Of a stretch of 57,926 nucleotides of DNA, positions 13,724 through 27,343 are shown piece by piece. Every line of letters starts with the position of its first letter. The stretch's first letter is position 1. The position numbers were made by a program, and so were the translations under genes. The DNA lies in contig NW_026575267.1 in assembly GCF_028641065.1 (NCBI RefSeq), positions 1-57,926 of the forward strand. The letters run 5' to 3'. The notes beneath the pieces are model-generated. The model did not search any database. It was given only the letters and a program-made list of their open reading frames with translations, and was not told where the DNA came from. Origin of the DNA: Leucoraja erinacea. Its lineage: Eukaryota.

Positions 13724-16335
13724 GTAGTACTGGGGATATCCTGGAGGGATCGACTCATGAGACTGTATGGTTACAATTTAGGAATAAGAAATGGACAATC
13801 TCTATGATGGGATTATACTGTCTGCCTCTCAATAGTCAGCATGCATGAGGAGACGAGACATGTAGGCTGAATGAGGAAGGATGTGAAATCAATGTGTTTG
13901 TAGTTGTGGGTCATTTTAACTGTTGGGTGAGGATAAGCAGTGATGTTGCAACGGAAAGCAACATCCAGGTCTGTGCTACTAGGACTGGGTCTGTGGCACG
14001 GTGGGGATGAATGAGACCAGTCAGGCGACAGTGATAGGATACTTGATAGTCAGGGAAAAAGAAGGAAATTCTGTAAGGATGGGACAGATGAATGCATGGC
14101 GGAAAAGTTGGAGCAGGAAGTCAGATTATTGGGTTATAGCATTTAAGTAGGAACTGCAGATGCTGGAATTGGATTATAGGGATCTTTTCTGCGGCAGCAG
14201 TGACCTGCACAACAGGGACGGGTTACACCTGAACTGGAGGGTGACCAATATTCTGGTGGACAGATTTGCTCACGATACCAGGGAAGATTTTAAATTGATT
14301 GGCAGTGGTGTGGGATCCAAAGCAATAGTGAGGCAAGTGGAAGCTGCAAGTTGATTGCAAAGTCAGCAACACCAAGTTCAGTATATGTGTCATGCAGCAG
14401 CAGGGCAGGGAGTGAGCAAAGGGTGTCAGATTAAATGACATTTATTTCAGTAAAAGTGGCCGGACAGGTGAGGTCATCGAACACTGGACGTGAATAAGTA
14501 CATGGGATTGGGATATTATAGCTCCTGCAGAAATATAGTTAATGGAGGGTCAGGTTGGTAGCTTAATGTTCCAGGGTACCAGTGCGACAGGCGAGATGGA
14601 GCAGGAGAAAGAGAGGAGAGGTAGTTGAGTTTTTGATGAGGGGGAACATCACGCAGTTATCTAAAATGAAAGTATTGAGGATTAATGAATGGAACATTGA
14701 AATATAGGGGTGATCTTGTTGGGAATTAGAGGAGCAAAGATGCAGGATGATTGGAGAAAGTTGCAAGAATAACAAAGGCTGTGAAATGGATTTTACGTTT
14801 CTGGATATAGACCAGGACAGCCATGGTGCAAAGGGCTCAGATAGGGTCGGCAAAGCTTAACCTTTTATTGTTAAAACTATAGATGGGGAGGCATTTTAGT
14901 TCTATTTGTGTTGATACAGTTATGGTAAAACACAGAACTGCTCCTCAAGCTAAAGTTATAAACTGCAACTAGACAAATGTTAACAGTATATGAAAGAATC
15001 TTAAAAAAATGATAGAAGTATGTTGTTTGAGTATAAAGGAACATCTAGCAAGTGAGATAGTGAGCGGTCAAGTTCTGAATATTCCTGTTGGTGTGAAGGG
15101 CAGGGCCAGCAGGACGAGGGAGCTCTGGGTCACAGGGTATGGAGGCTCTGGTCAGAAAAAAGGAAGGTGTGTTCAGGTACAGCCAGCTGCTATCAAGTGA
15201 TCACTGGGTATGTACAGGAGATGCAGAAGTATGCATGGGAAGGAATAAGGAGGTTAAAAATGGGGGAATGAGATGACTTTGGCATAGAAGTTTAAGGAGA
15301 AAAATGGAAAAAAGTAACTGGAGAGAATATGGCTCCGTCAAAGACCAAAGTCTATGTGTGGAGCTGCAGGAGGTTGGCAAGGACCTTGGAGAGTATTTCT
15401 CCTCTGTTTTGAATATATATAAAAATACATAGATACATAGAAAATAGGTGCAGGTGTAGGCCATTCGGCCCTTCGAGCCTGCACCGCCATTCAATATGAT
15501 CATGGCTGATCATCCAACTCAGTACCCCGTACCCGCCTTCTCTCCATACCCCCTGATCCCCTTAGCCACAAGGGCCACATCTAACTCCCTCTTAAATATA
15601 GCCAATGAACTGGCCTCAACTACCCTCTGTGGCAGAGAATTCCAGAGATTCACCACTCTCTGTGTGAAAAATGTTTTTCTCATCTTGGTCTTAAAGGATT
15701 TCCCCCTTATCCTTAAGTTGTGACCCCTTGTCCTGGACTTCCCCAACATCGGGAAAAATCTTCCAGCATCTAGCCTGCCCAACCCCTTAAGAATTTTGTA
15801 AGTTTCTATAAGATCCCCCCTCAATCTCCTAAATTCTAGCGAGTATAAGCCAAGTCTATCCAGTCTTTCTTCATATGAAAGTCCAGCCATCCCAGGAATC
15901 AGTCTGGTGAACCTTCTCTGCACTCCCTCTATGGCAATAATGTCCTTCCTCAGATTTGGAGACCAAAACTGTACGCAATACTCCAGGTGTGGTCTCACCA
16001 AGACCCTGTACAACTGCAGTAGAACCTCCCTGCTCCTATACTCAAATCGTTTTGTTATGAAAGCTAAAATACCATTCGCTTTCTTCACTGCCTGCTGCAC
16101 CTGCATGCCTACTTTCAATGACTGGTGTACCATGACACCCAGGTCTCGCTGCATCTCCCCTTTTCCTAAACGGCCACCATTTAGATAATGGTCTGCTTTC
16201 CTGTTTTTGCCACCAAAGTGGATAACCTCACATTTATCCACATTATACTGCATCTGCCATGCATTTGCCCACTCACCCAGATTATACAAGTCACCTGGCA
16301 GCCTCCTAGCATCCTCCTCTCAGCTAACACTGCCC
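13724..16335. mobile_element. Old CR1 pieces (+) and a young CR1 3' end (15430-16335, -)
   Basis: 256-aa open frame WQMQYNVDKCEVIHFG...RPHLEYCVQFWSP; (CATAGAAA) tail. Confidence 0.9.
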
Positions 16336-16603
16336 CCCAACAACAGGAAATCACTTGTCGTCAAGTCAAGGTAGGTCAAGTTTATTTGTCACATACACAT
16401 ACAAGATGTGCAGTAAAATGAAAGTGGCAATGCCTGCGGATTGTGCAAAACAACGGAACAGGTGCTCCTGAATGTATATTGACATTTACCACTACATCTA
16501 CTAATGCAAGGGCATTCGTTGGCCTTGCCCTGTAAACCAACTCTGGTTCCACAAATCCGAAAAAGTTTGTGTTTTGTTTTTGTGTTTGAAATCCACCGAG
16601 GAT

Positions 16604-17059
16604 ATGCCTGATCCGCCGAAAACAGTCGCTAAGAAGGGCGCAAAGAAAGCTTTGCCAAAATCTGCAGGTAAAGGGGGCAAGAAGCGCAGGAGGTCGAGGA
16701 AGGAGATTTACTCCATCTACATCTACAAAGTGATGAAGCAGGTTCACCCGGATACCGGCATCTCCTCCAAGGCCATGGGCATCATGAACTCGTTCGTGAA
16801 CGATATTTTCGAGCGTATCGCGGGTGAGGCTTCCCGCCTGGCGCATTATAACAAGCGGGCGACCATCAGCTCCCGAGAGATTCAGACTGCCGTGCGCCTG
16901 CTTCTTCCCGGGGAGAGGGACAAAGGCGGTGACCAAGTACACCAGTTCCAAATAAAGATCCACACATTGTTGAAAAAACACCCAAAACCCAAGAAGAGCC
17001 ACCCACATTTTCGCAGAAAGAGTTGTACTAATGTTTTGACATTAAATCAAAGACATTGA
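16604..17059 (+). pseudogene. H2B: Histone H2B copy 2 with the same frameshift and stem-loop deletion
   Basis: Near-identical to 13176-13631 (offset 3428) including both lesions. Confidence 0.9.
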
Positions 17060-17555
17060 CATTAGCTGCTGCGGCGTCTACAGCCCGGGATCCCTCGTGG
17101 GGGACCCGGGGGAAGAAGAAGCCGCCATTGCATGGACTTGCCATCACCCCTGGAGGGGAGCTTCGACCGCCGGCCCTGGAGTCTACGGTGCTTCTGGCTG
17201 CGGCAGGGACTTTAAATCTCAACCACCGGCCTGCGGCCTACACAATCTTGAAGCCGCGGTCTCCGGTGAGGAAAGACCAATCCTGGACTGGACTCTGGAC
17301 TCTGGTCTTGTCCACGGGGGGGGGAATGGAGGAGGACGGCCAAAATTTTTTGTGCCTTCCACCACAGTGATGAATGCTGTGGTGGATGTTTATGTTACAT
17401 GTTGTGTCCTGTTTATGCATTTTATTATTTTGTTAACCCATCTTTATGCTTTGTATGGAACTGATTTTTAAATTATGTAAAGCACTTTGGGGTCAATGAA
17501 AATTGACTATAAATGTGCTATATAAATAAACTTATTATTATTATTATTATTATTG
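17060..17555 (+). mobile_element. GC-rich non-autonomous retroposon with L2-like 3' tail and (TTA)n
   Basis: TGTAAAGCACTTTGG...GCTATATAAATAAA-(TTA)n end. Confidence 0.7.
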
Positions 17556-18006
17556 AATCGCAGCAGAATGTTTCAGGATATTTTTGTTTGCCGAATTATT
17601 TCACATTCTGTTTAATGATTAAATGTTCCAATATACTCGGGATATTCCCGGTATCCATGTTGCCTTCCTGTCCATCAAACAGAAATATAACTCCTTTCCC
17701 TTCACGTCAGCTTGTCCCAGTCATCATAAGCCAGTCTGAAGAAAGGTTTCGACCCTAAACGTTGCCTATTTCCTTCGCTCCACAGATGCTGCTTCACCCG
17801 CTGAGTTTCTCCAGCATTTTTGTCTACCCAGTCATAAGTTGTGCCCACGGCCAGCCGATTAGTGCTGTCGTCGATGTTTTATTGGCTTCATCTCTGTAAC
17901 TGTTCTGAATTGCATTTCTACTCCACAATTCGTCCACAGTCTTTCAAGGAGGAACATTTCACACTTTCGCCCATATTCCGATTTTTGTGACAATGAACCA
18001 GACGAT

Positions 18007-21000
18007 AATAGTAAGATTAAACGAGAACTTACCAGTTTGAAGTTTGATCTTTATTTTATGAGGAGTTACGTCGAAGGACTACGTGAAGAAGGCCATCCAG
18101 GCGCATGCGCGTCAACCTTCAAAGCAGCGGTGTGAAATCACAGATGATATACTCCGAAGCATAATAGTAAGCTACGTGATACAAACTTAACTTACCTTTG
18201 ATCTTATAAGGGTGGGAGCGGAGGACACGTAGTCCCTCGACGTAACTCCTCATAAAATAAAGATCAAACTTCAAACTGGTAAGTTCTCGTTTAATCTTAC
18301 TATTTTACTTCAGAGTCATGTGAGTGACTACGTGAAGATTTTAAAGCTTCTGTGATTTCAGGCCGTAGATTGGGTTCCTGCGTATCACTGCATTTTGCTT
18401 GACTCTATGAGTGAAAAATAGTCAATAACATGCAAACCATCATACTTGTTTAATTAATTAATGGTTTATGTTATGGTAAAACATTATGTGTCCCATTTTA
18501 ATCTCTAGAGACATTTAATACTGAATTCAAAATAGTACCACCAAATACACCAGGGTCTGCAATTTCTTTGTGATAATACTTGTGCAACATCCTTTCATTT
18601 TCCCAACCTGCGGCCGCAAGGATATTGTCTATTGGAACGTCCAAATATTTGTCCGCCAATGTTGCCGCCGCCCTGGTGGAATGAGGTTTAAATTTGTCAG
18701 TATCAATTCCTGCATCCAATAGCACCTTCTTCAGCTATCTTGAAATTCTTTGTGTTGTCAATTTTTTGTGTGGCTTTTATGGCTGATGAATAATCCAGAT
18801 TCTACACCTCTAAGATGTTTGGTAGTCTCAATGTAGTATTTTAAATATGTAACTACACAAAGTCTTTGATCTGCAGAATATGCTGAAAATCAATTTACAC
18901 CCCGAGACTCCTGGTCTGCTCTGTTTTAGCAGGTCATAGACATAGAATGTAATTTCCTCTTTTTTCATTCCCATTCTGTCTATCCTTAACTTGTGTAATG
19001 TTTGTACTCTTTGTGCTGATACTAAAGCCATTAACATACTTTTTTATCGTAATTTTGTCTAACGATAAATTTGAGATGGGATCACTATTCCTAAGTAGCA
19101 TAAAATATGCCCTTCATGTATCTACAAGTCAAAGGGTGTGATCCTAGAACTTGATGTTCCGATGGTCTCGATAAGTATGCCGACAAAGCGTTCCTTGCTG
19201 TGTTGTTCACACTATATCTTAAATTATCATCAAAATGTAATTTTGACAAATTTCTACAACATCTGAAGCGTCTGCAGTGTGGTAAGAAATATTTTGTGTT
19301 GAATGTTCCCATTTCTTAATGTAAGAAATGTACTGCTTCTAGGTACTTTTTAGAATCTGCAAATCACTAAATCAACACGATCATGTAAAGGATGAAATTC
19401 ACCAGTTACAGGTTTTCTTGTCTAAAGACATCCATAATGGGTCCAGTCACCATTTTTAACCCTAATGGATACCATGTTTGTTTGGGCTAATCTGGGACCA
19501 CCAACAATCCTGAAGCATAATCTTGTTTGATCTTCTGTAGACACCAATTGATGAGACAAAAGGGAGGAAATGCATATAAAACATTCCACCCCAATTTAAC
19601 GTAAACTCATCTACGTAAACTCCCCTGGTGTTTCCCAAATATTTTCACAATTTTGTGTAAAAGTCACGATTCTGTGTTGTCATTGAAATTTCTTGACCTG
19701 GTATCTGCAATTATGTTGAATTTGCCAGGTAGATAAATTGCAGAAAGCCAAATATCTTTCTCAATGAACCAGTGCCAAATCATGTTTGCCAATCTGTCAC
19801 ATGCTTCTGACTTGAATCCACCCATGTGATTGACATGTGCCACTGCCGTAGTGTTGTCAATCTGAACCTGTACATGCAACTTTTGGACCTTTCAGCAATG
19901 GGCTTTCAACCCATGCAATACACTTAGTAATTCAAGATAATTTATGCCATGTGTCTCGAGCAAAGGTTCTTCCTCTGCATTCTATCTATCTCCACAGCTT
20001 GAGATGGCATCCGCAGCTCCCCATCCCAGTGCACTTGCATCGGTTTGTAAAATGGTAGCTGGTGATTCAATCAGAATTTTCCTGTAAGAGTAATCCGCAT
20101 TTTTTAATCCACCATTTTATATCCTATATTGCTGCGTTAGCTAGTTGCATTGGCCTATTGAAATGTCCAGCATGTCTTCCCAATACTGATATCTTTGCTC
20201 ACTGCAGCTGCTGATAATGCAGTAGTCCAAACTGAACAGCTGGAAATGAAGCAATTAACTTGCCAATTAGACTTGCTACTTGCCTGATTGATGGTTGTTT
20301 GCCTGCAATTAGCTCCTTACAACACTTAATCACTTGCAACTTTTTGTCCTTGGGTAAGCTCACTGTCTTGTGATCTGAATTAAGAGTGAACCCCAAGTAA
20401 TCAATTATTTTGTTGTGTGTCAGTCTGGATTTCTCTCGGTGAATCACAAAGCCCAGTTGTAAGTTTGTAAGTTTAAATTTTAAAACTGAGGCTTGTTGCC
20501 ATGTCTTCAATGTCTCCCACAATAACATGTCATCCAAATAAGCCATTATCAAATGGCCTTGAGCTCTTAACAATTCTAAGATTGGTTTCAGCAGTAAACA
20601 ATCTAGGAGCTGAAGTTAACACATCAGGCAATGCTTTGAATTGCCACAATTGAGTAATCCAGACAAATTTGAAATATCTACGATCTTTATCTTGGAGATG
20701 TATGCTTGCCATATAGCATTCTGTTGAAATTAATTGCAAAGCATTAGTAAAATCTCCATTTGAAATGTTTATACTGTACAAATAGTTTGAGATTTGTGAG
20801 GTTTTTATAAGTTGTTTTCTCTCTCACCCCTTTTTTACTCAAAATATCAATTTCTATTTTAATTTTCCTAATATCTCTTCTTTAGAGAAAATTGAATACT
20901 TTTTGGAATATGTTTAGGGGATTTTCATTCTGTTAAAATTCAATTCTAAACCTCATTATGCTGCAAAGTATATATGCATCATATGTTATTAGTTTATATT

Positions 21001-22569
21001 CTTTTAAAAAGAATTGTAACCTACCTCCAATTTGTAAGTAGGACACATCTGATATGTTTCTTTCAGAACCAGAACCACCTACTTCAGGGTTTAGCGGTAT
21101 CACTTGTCCCTTGTGAGAATACCATGTCCTCCACGTCCTGGGGTTTTATTCCGTTCCCTTTCGGTATGGATATTGCCTTCTAGCTGTGTTGCCAAACATC
21201 GGTGGCTTCATCATCCCGATGGTTATTGATTCTTCGTTGAGAACCTTCAGTTTTTTGGCAAGCACCACTCCAAAGAGTAAGTGTGGCAATTATATATTAG
21301 ATGGTTTACAAAGCCCTGCAAACTTAGGATGTATGTTAGGTCTTATCACAGACATACTCCAAAATGTGCATTACACATCATTCCCATCACATCCTGTTGT
21401 GACGTTGTTACATTTCCTTCTTCCAGATCTCTGGCAAATGCCGTAATGCTTGACCCCATTAATTTTAATACCCGCTGTAATCTCATTTCTTGAGCTCTTA
21501 CTGCAGTGCCCATATAATTCCACACTTCTTTGTTAACAGCTGGAACTCCTAACCGAGCACAGTTCTGGGGGATTTTATATTTGTTCACAATTTCATCCAT
21601 CGTTGGTCTTCCAACTGATGGGAAAGCAGGTAATTTATACTCTCTGCTATCTCCTCTGATAGAGGTTGTCCCTTGTTTCTGGGACTAGAGAACCTTTGGG
21701 CCAGCCCTGGCACTTTTCTTTTTTGTATTGGCTCTGGTCCTCAACTGATTCGTTATCAGAGTATTCTGGATATTCCTCCTCATAATGGGTTTCACCTGGA
21801 TTTTCATATGATAGGCCTATGCTTTTTTGTCCCTCTTTTGGGGTACATCAAGCTCTTCCATTGAGCTGTATATTGGCAGCCCACTTTTGGGTGCTACTCC
21901 ATATTCTGGGTCTCCTGTAGACCAACGCCTGTATTGTCTTTCAGACATTTTTGGTGCTGCCTCCGTGTCAGGTCAGCCCATATATTCATCTTTATCATCA
22001 GGCATTTCGGTCGCTGGCTCAAATCTGGGCCAACGTTTCCCAGAACTTCTTCTGGGTGTTCCATGCGGTTGCTCTTTAAGCCCGCGTCATTTATACTCCT
22101 TCTGGAGTTTGTTTTACCCATGAGGAATTCCAGTTTATAAATTCTATAGTTCAGACTCCTCAGAGTCTTCCAGGCCTGTTATTTCTTTATGGCCTTGCTC
22201 CCTATGGGAGTTTCAACGGGACTTTTCCTCCCGTGTAAAATAGTTATTTCTTTACAATCGACTTTTTAGTCGGGCGCCCGCTACTCTCAGACACTTTGTT
22301 TTATTGAGTGCTTACTGCGGTGCTCTTACTATTCTTCCTCCCACCTTTCTCCATACATAAGACTTGCCTGTGTCTCTGCACGCAGTCTCTGAAGAAAAGC
22401 AGCCTGAAAGTAAAAGTAGAAAATATTTACATTCAGGTTTTCTTTCACTCACTGTTTGGCGGTTCCACACCTCCTACCGCGGTTGCAGCGCAATGCGTCT
22501 GACGAGATGACGCGCGTGCACCTGGACGGCCTTCATCACGTAGTCACTCACGTGACTCCAAAGTAAAAT
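18007..22569 (-). mobile_element. DIRS1-type tyrosine-recombinase retrotransposon (DIRS-1), degenerate ORFs, intact termini
   Basis: YR fragments (FKPHSTRAAAT 18498-18725, AQRVQTL), RNase H (QIDNTTAVAHVNHMGG), RT (AYLDDML), gag fragment; ICR ~18228-18338 complementary to both ends. Confidence 0.92.
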
Positions 22570-23065
22570 CCGAGACCGTTTACATAGTGACCAATCGTTA
22601 ATTGGTGCTGAGGATCTTTTTTGTAATTGGTTACCGGCCCAAATAAATCGTAAATTAAATGTGTTGTGCTGTATTGCCCGGGGTTCAAGGTGGTCCACAA
22701 TCAAGAGTATTTAATTGTCATATGTACCGTGAACGGAACAATGAAATTCTTACTCGCAGCAGTATAATTAACATCTTAACGCAATGCACTTACATAAAAA
22801 ATTATAATCAAAAAAGCAATGATTATGTGATGTAGCAAATTGTATTGACATACAGATTTATAGTTTGGCGGCTATTTCAAAGTTCGAGTTTTGGAGGGAC
22901 TGGCAGTTATTTTCAGCGCTTTTCTGTTGTGGGTTTTGATTGGTAGATAAAACAGTTCACTGATTGGGTCATTCTTCTCACCAATGAGTTCATGTCCTTT
23001 TTCACCAATCACCAGCGGTTCTCTGGATTCCTCAAACAGGTATAAGAAAGGCGAGTCTGTGATAA

Positions 23066-23479
<414 letters not shown>

Positions 23480-23623
23480 GCGAGAGAAACTCAACATAGT
23501 GACCCAAAGGCTCTTTTCAGAGCCACTCACCATGTCTGTGGAAGGGCTGATCATCGATTATGTTTAGTGCGGGACAAGTGTTCCTTGTCGTTGTCGAAAA
23601 CCGACTGCACATTGAGTTGTCTA

Positions 23624-23908
23624 CACGGTGGCGGAGCGGTAGACCAACTGCCTTACAGCGCCAGAGACCCTGGTTCGATCCTGACTACGGGCGCTTCCCT
23701 GTACACAATTTGAACATTCTCCCCATTTCTTCCCGCACTCAAAAGACGTCCAGGGTTGTAGGTTAATTGGTTTGATATAAATGTTTAAAAATATATGTTT
23801 TTCAAACACTTATCATTTGTAGGATAGTGTTCATGTGTGAGGATCGCTAGTCGGTGCGGACTCGCTGGTCCGAAGGGTCCGTTTCCGCGTTGTACCTCAA
23901 AACTAAAC
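23624..23908 (+). mobile_element. tRNA-derived SINE, HE1/V-SINE-like
   Basis: A box TGGCGGAGCGG 23629, B box GGTTCGATCC 23672, CR1-type tail GGTCCGAAGGGTCCGTTTCC...AAACTAAAC. Confidence 0.8.
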
Positions 23909-25115
23909 ATGAAACAGCGGTTGGCTGATGCGGGAAGATACATTTACGCAGATATTCCTCAGAACATTGACAGTAAGAGATCCTCCTCGAAACCAACTCC
24001 GTTTCCCTCTCACCTACAGAACAATTAATGCAGCAACACTAACATCGACTCAAGGTTTCTCTCCGAAAACCGACTAATATCCAGCCTCGGGCAGAGCTGA
24101 ATTCCTTCAGTTTCGCTAACTGATCAGTAGATCCGCACCGCATACAATTTATGGGGACATTAAAGTCGATATAAATTTGATGGAAACGATATTATGATAA
24201 CATTTGCCTCTGTTCTTGTTTGCACTGAAATTAGCCGGCAATCGCACTGCAGTCTTTTCTCCGATTGACTGAGCTCCGACCACCAGAAAGAAGCAGCGAG
24301 AGCTAGTATTGGCTGGAAGTAAGTGAGTCAAAGGGAAAGAAGATTTAAAAAGAGCGCCAAAGGCCCAGGTTCAAGTAATTTACTAATTAGCGTAAATTAG
24401 TTTATTAAGTAGGGTGTGTGTGTGTGTGTGCATGATCAACAAATAACAAATAGTACAAATAATACAGTATTTCGTAGTTCAGAGCTTATTCGTTGTGTTT
24501 AATAGCCTAATGGCTGTCAGGAAGAAGTTGTTCCTCAATGTGGATGTTACAGTTTTCAGTTTACAAAAGTCGGACATGATTCCAGAAGACGGGCATAAGT
24601 CAGTCAGTCCACAAGCTGTGATTCAGTCTCTCAGTCCAGAGGCCATGAGTTAGTCCTAAGGCAGTGAGTTCAGAAGCCATGAGTGGGTCACTCACTGCCC
24701 CTCCCCCCTCCCCGCATCCCCACCTCAAGACGCTGCCCTCCGCCTGGCTATAGGATGCTCCCCCTCCTGAAGCCGCCCCCATCCCCAGTTGCAGGACACC
24801 CCCTCTATCATCAGCCCACGAGAGTCCCCGCCTGAAGCCGTCCCCCTCTCTCGGCTGCAGGACGTTTGCCACCCCCGGGGTGGAAGATTGCAACCTTCAC
24901 GCGGTCCGCCCAGTTTCGAGTAAAGCAATCAACTCGATGTGCACAAACAAGATCAAATAGGACAAGTTGTCCTACAACTTTAGGCTGTGCACGCCACATG
25001 AAATAAGAAGCCAACCCCCACCACACCTTGACAGCCCCGCATGAAAAAAATGTTTTGCACAAATTCTTCAGTGAGTCCAGAGGATTGAGAATTACAACAA
25101 ATTACAACTGCTCAA

Positions 25116-25788
25116 TCTCTCTATATTAAAATTGTCTCTTTTTTTATCAACAGCAAATAGCCATCAGAAGGCAGTGAGCAGCAGAACACAACAAGAAATA
25201 ACTTAATAACTCTCATCTTTAACATTTAAATTGTTCTTTATTTTAAGAGTAATTCACAATTTAAACTTTAATAAATCCCAGAGTGGGGGGATGAAGGGAG
25301 GAGCGATAACTGAATGAACTGCCAGCGTACCAGGTGTGAGTGACTGCACTGCCAGCCCACCAGCCATTAGTAAGTGAACTGCCAGCCCACCAGCTGTAAG
25401 TAACTGAACTGCCATCCCACCAGCCGTAAGTGTCTGAACTGCCAGCCCAATAATCCATTCAGTCCACTCTCTCCCCCTTCTCTCTCACAGTCTGTCACCT
25501 GTTTTGGGCAGAATTTCTGGCAGTTTCTCAGCTGCCAGCATGGCAGGTCCGAGTGACTGTACTGCCAGGCCTCAGTGACTGAACTGCAACCCAAGAATCC
25601 ATTCGGCCCACAATGTCTATATTAGCCCTCTGGAAACCAGCACCTTTGGCGCACAACACCCATACTAGCGCAACAGAACCCCCCCCCACTGGCAAGCAAT
25701 ATTGGAATTTGTGGAGAGCTGGAATATTGCTTTGGGTGACCAGCCCTCCCGTGTGACGCTGGGACCCAACGGGTCCCACTTAGTCTAG
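25116..25788 (+). mobile_element. Non-autonomous Helitron-like element with internal 30-bp tandem repeats
   Basis: A/TCTCTCTATATT start; TGGGACCC-AAC-GGGTCCCA hairpin 25760-25778; CTAG/T 25785-25789; repeats ~25306-25450. Confidence 0.75.
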
Positions 25789-26359
25789 TAGATTATAAAT
25801 ATGTGAATGTGGTTTAGCCACTTCACCCTCCACTTGATCCCGATCCATTTACAATACAGACTACGAGTGAATTAATTATCTGATAGGAGATTCTGGGAAT
25901 GTATTTCACCTGCTAACCATTCGAAACAAATACGATTCATGGAACATAACAGCGGTTGGATTTTTGTACAAAGGGGATTAGGTTATGGACAGGTTTTTAT
26001 TCATAAACCGGGTTCAAATCCTCACATAGGTGTAAAGGTTGGTTCAGTGAAAGGACCGAGAACTTGTAGTGATCTTGATAAGAAGTGAGATTTCAGAGGA
26101 CTTACAACACAGGACGTTACAGTTAATACATCATGTTCACCACAGCAATTAAACCACATCAACAGCAGCAAAATGCAAATGCAGTACCTTGTTCATATTA
26201 GTCTGCTCTATATGTAACGTTGTGGGTGAACTATTTGGAGACTGAGACAAGCTGAGAGGGAATAAGAAGATAAAGATTCCGTGTCAGTGCAGAGGGTGGG
26301 AACGTAACAGCGACACCAGGACTGTGAGAAGAACCGTAAAATTTAGAACTCACTGGAGG

Positions 26360-27290
26360 ACAAAGGGGTTAATTAAGAGGGTGGAAAAAGAGCATGAATG
26401 AAAGCTTGCGGGAATATAAAAATAGATTGTAAAAGCTTCTTTAGATATGTAAAAAGGATCAGATTAGTGAACACAAATATAGGTCCCTAACATGCAGAGA
26501 CAGATGAATTTATAATGGAGAAACAAGGAAATGACAGAACAGTTAAGTGAGTATTTTAGTTCTGTCATCACTAAGGAAGATACAAACAATCTCCCAGAAA
26601 TACTAGGGGACCGAGGATCTAGTGGGAGGGAGGAACTGAAAGAAATCCACATTAGTCAGGAAATGGTGTTAGGTAAACTGTTGGGACTGGAGGCAAATAA
26701 ATCCCCAGGGCCTGATGGTCGACATCCCAGCGTACCCAAGGAGGTGTACCCCAGAAATCATGGATGCATTGGTGATCATTTTCCAATTTTCACTTGAGTC
26801 TGGATCAGTTCCTGTGTACTGGAGGGTAAACAATGTAACTACATTTTTTAAGAAAGGAGGGAGAGAGAAAATGGCGAATTATAGACAAGTTAGCCTTACA
26901 TCGGTAGTGGGGAAGGTGCTTGAGTCGATTATTAAAGATGTTATCGTTGCACATTTGATAAGCAGTGATAGGATCAGTCAAATTCTGCATGGAATTTGAA
27001 GGTGAAATCATGCTTGACTAATCTTCTGGAGTTTTTTAGAGGATGTAACAAGGATGTAACAACTGGACTTTCAAAAAGCCTGAATCTGTGGAATTCTCTG
27101 CCACACAAGACAGTGGAGGCCACTTCACTGGAGGTTTTCAAGAGAGAGTTAGATTTAGCTCTTAGGGCTGTAGGAATCAAGGGATATGGGGAAAAAGCCA
27201 GAACTGGATACTTATTTTAGATGATCAGCCGTGAATAGTGGTGCTGGTTCGAAGGGCCGAATGGCCTAGTCCTGAACCTTTTTCTATATT
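26360..27290 (+). mobile_element. CR1 ORF2 fragments
   Basis: [31 protein letters not shown]. Confidence 0.88.
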
Positions 27291-27343
27291 TCTCACTTTA
27301 TGTAGCCCCGGCATTTTATCTCTCTCTATCCTTCTCCCACCTA

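Noticed and set aside
15519-16289. Intact 256-aa ORF as a host gene
   Set aside because: C-terminal part of CR1 ORF2 from a young 5'-truncated insertion
18007-18340. Long hairpin that could be a miRNA or structural RNA
   Set aside because: Explained by DIRS terminal repeat and ICR complementarity; repeated at 51278-51603
23624-23690. Possible tRNA gene
   Set aside because: A and B boxes belong to a SINE head; no full cloverleaf, and a LINE-type tail follows
25306-25450. 30-bp periodic repeats resembling a CRISPR array
   Set aside because: Contiguous tandem units without unique spacers, eukaryotic context, no cas genes; a minisatellite inside a Helitron-like element
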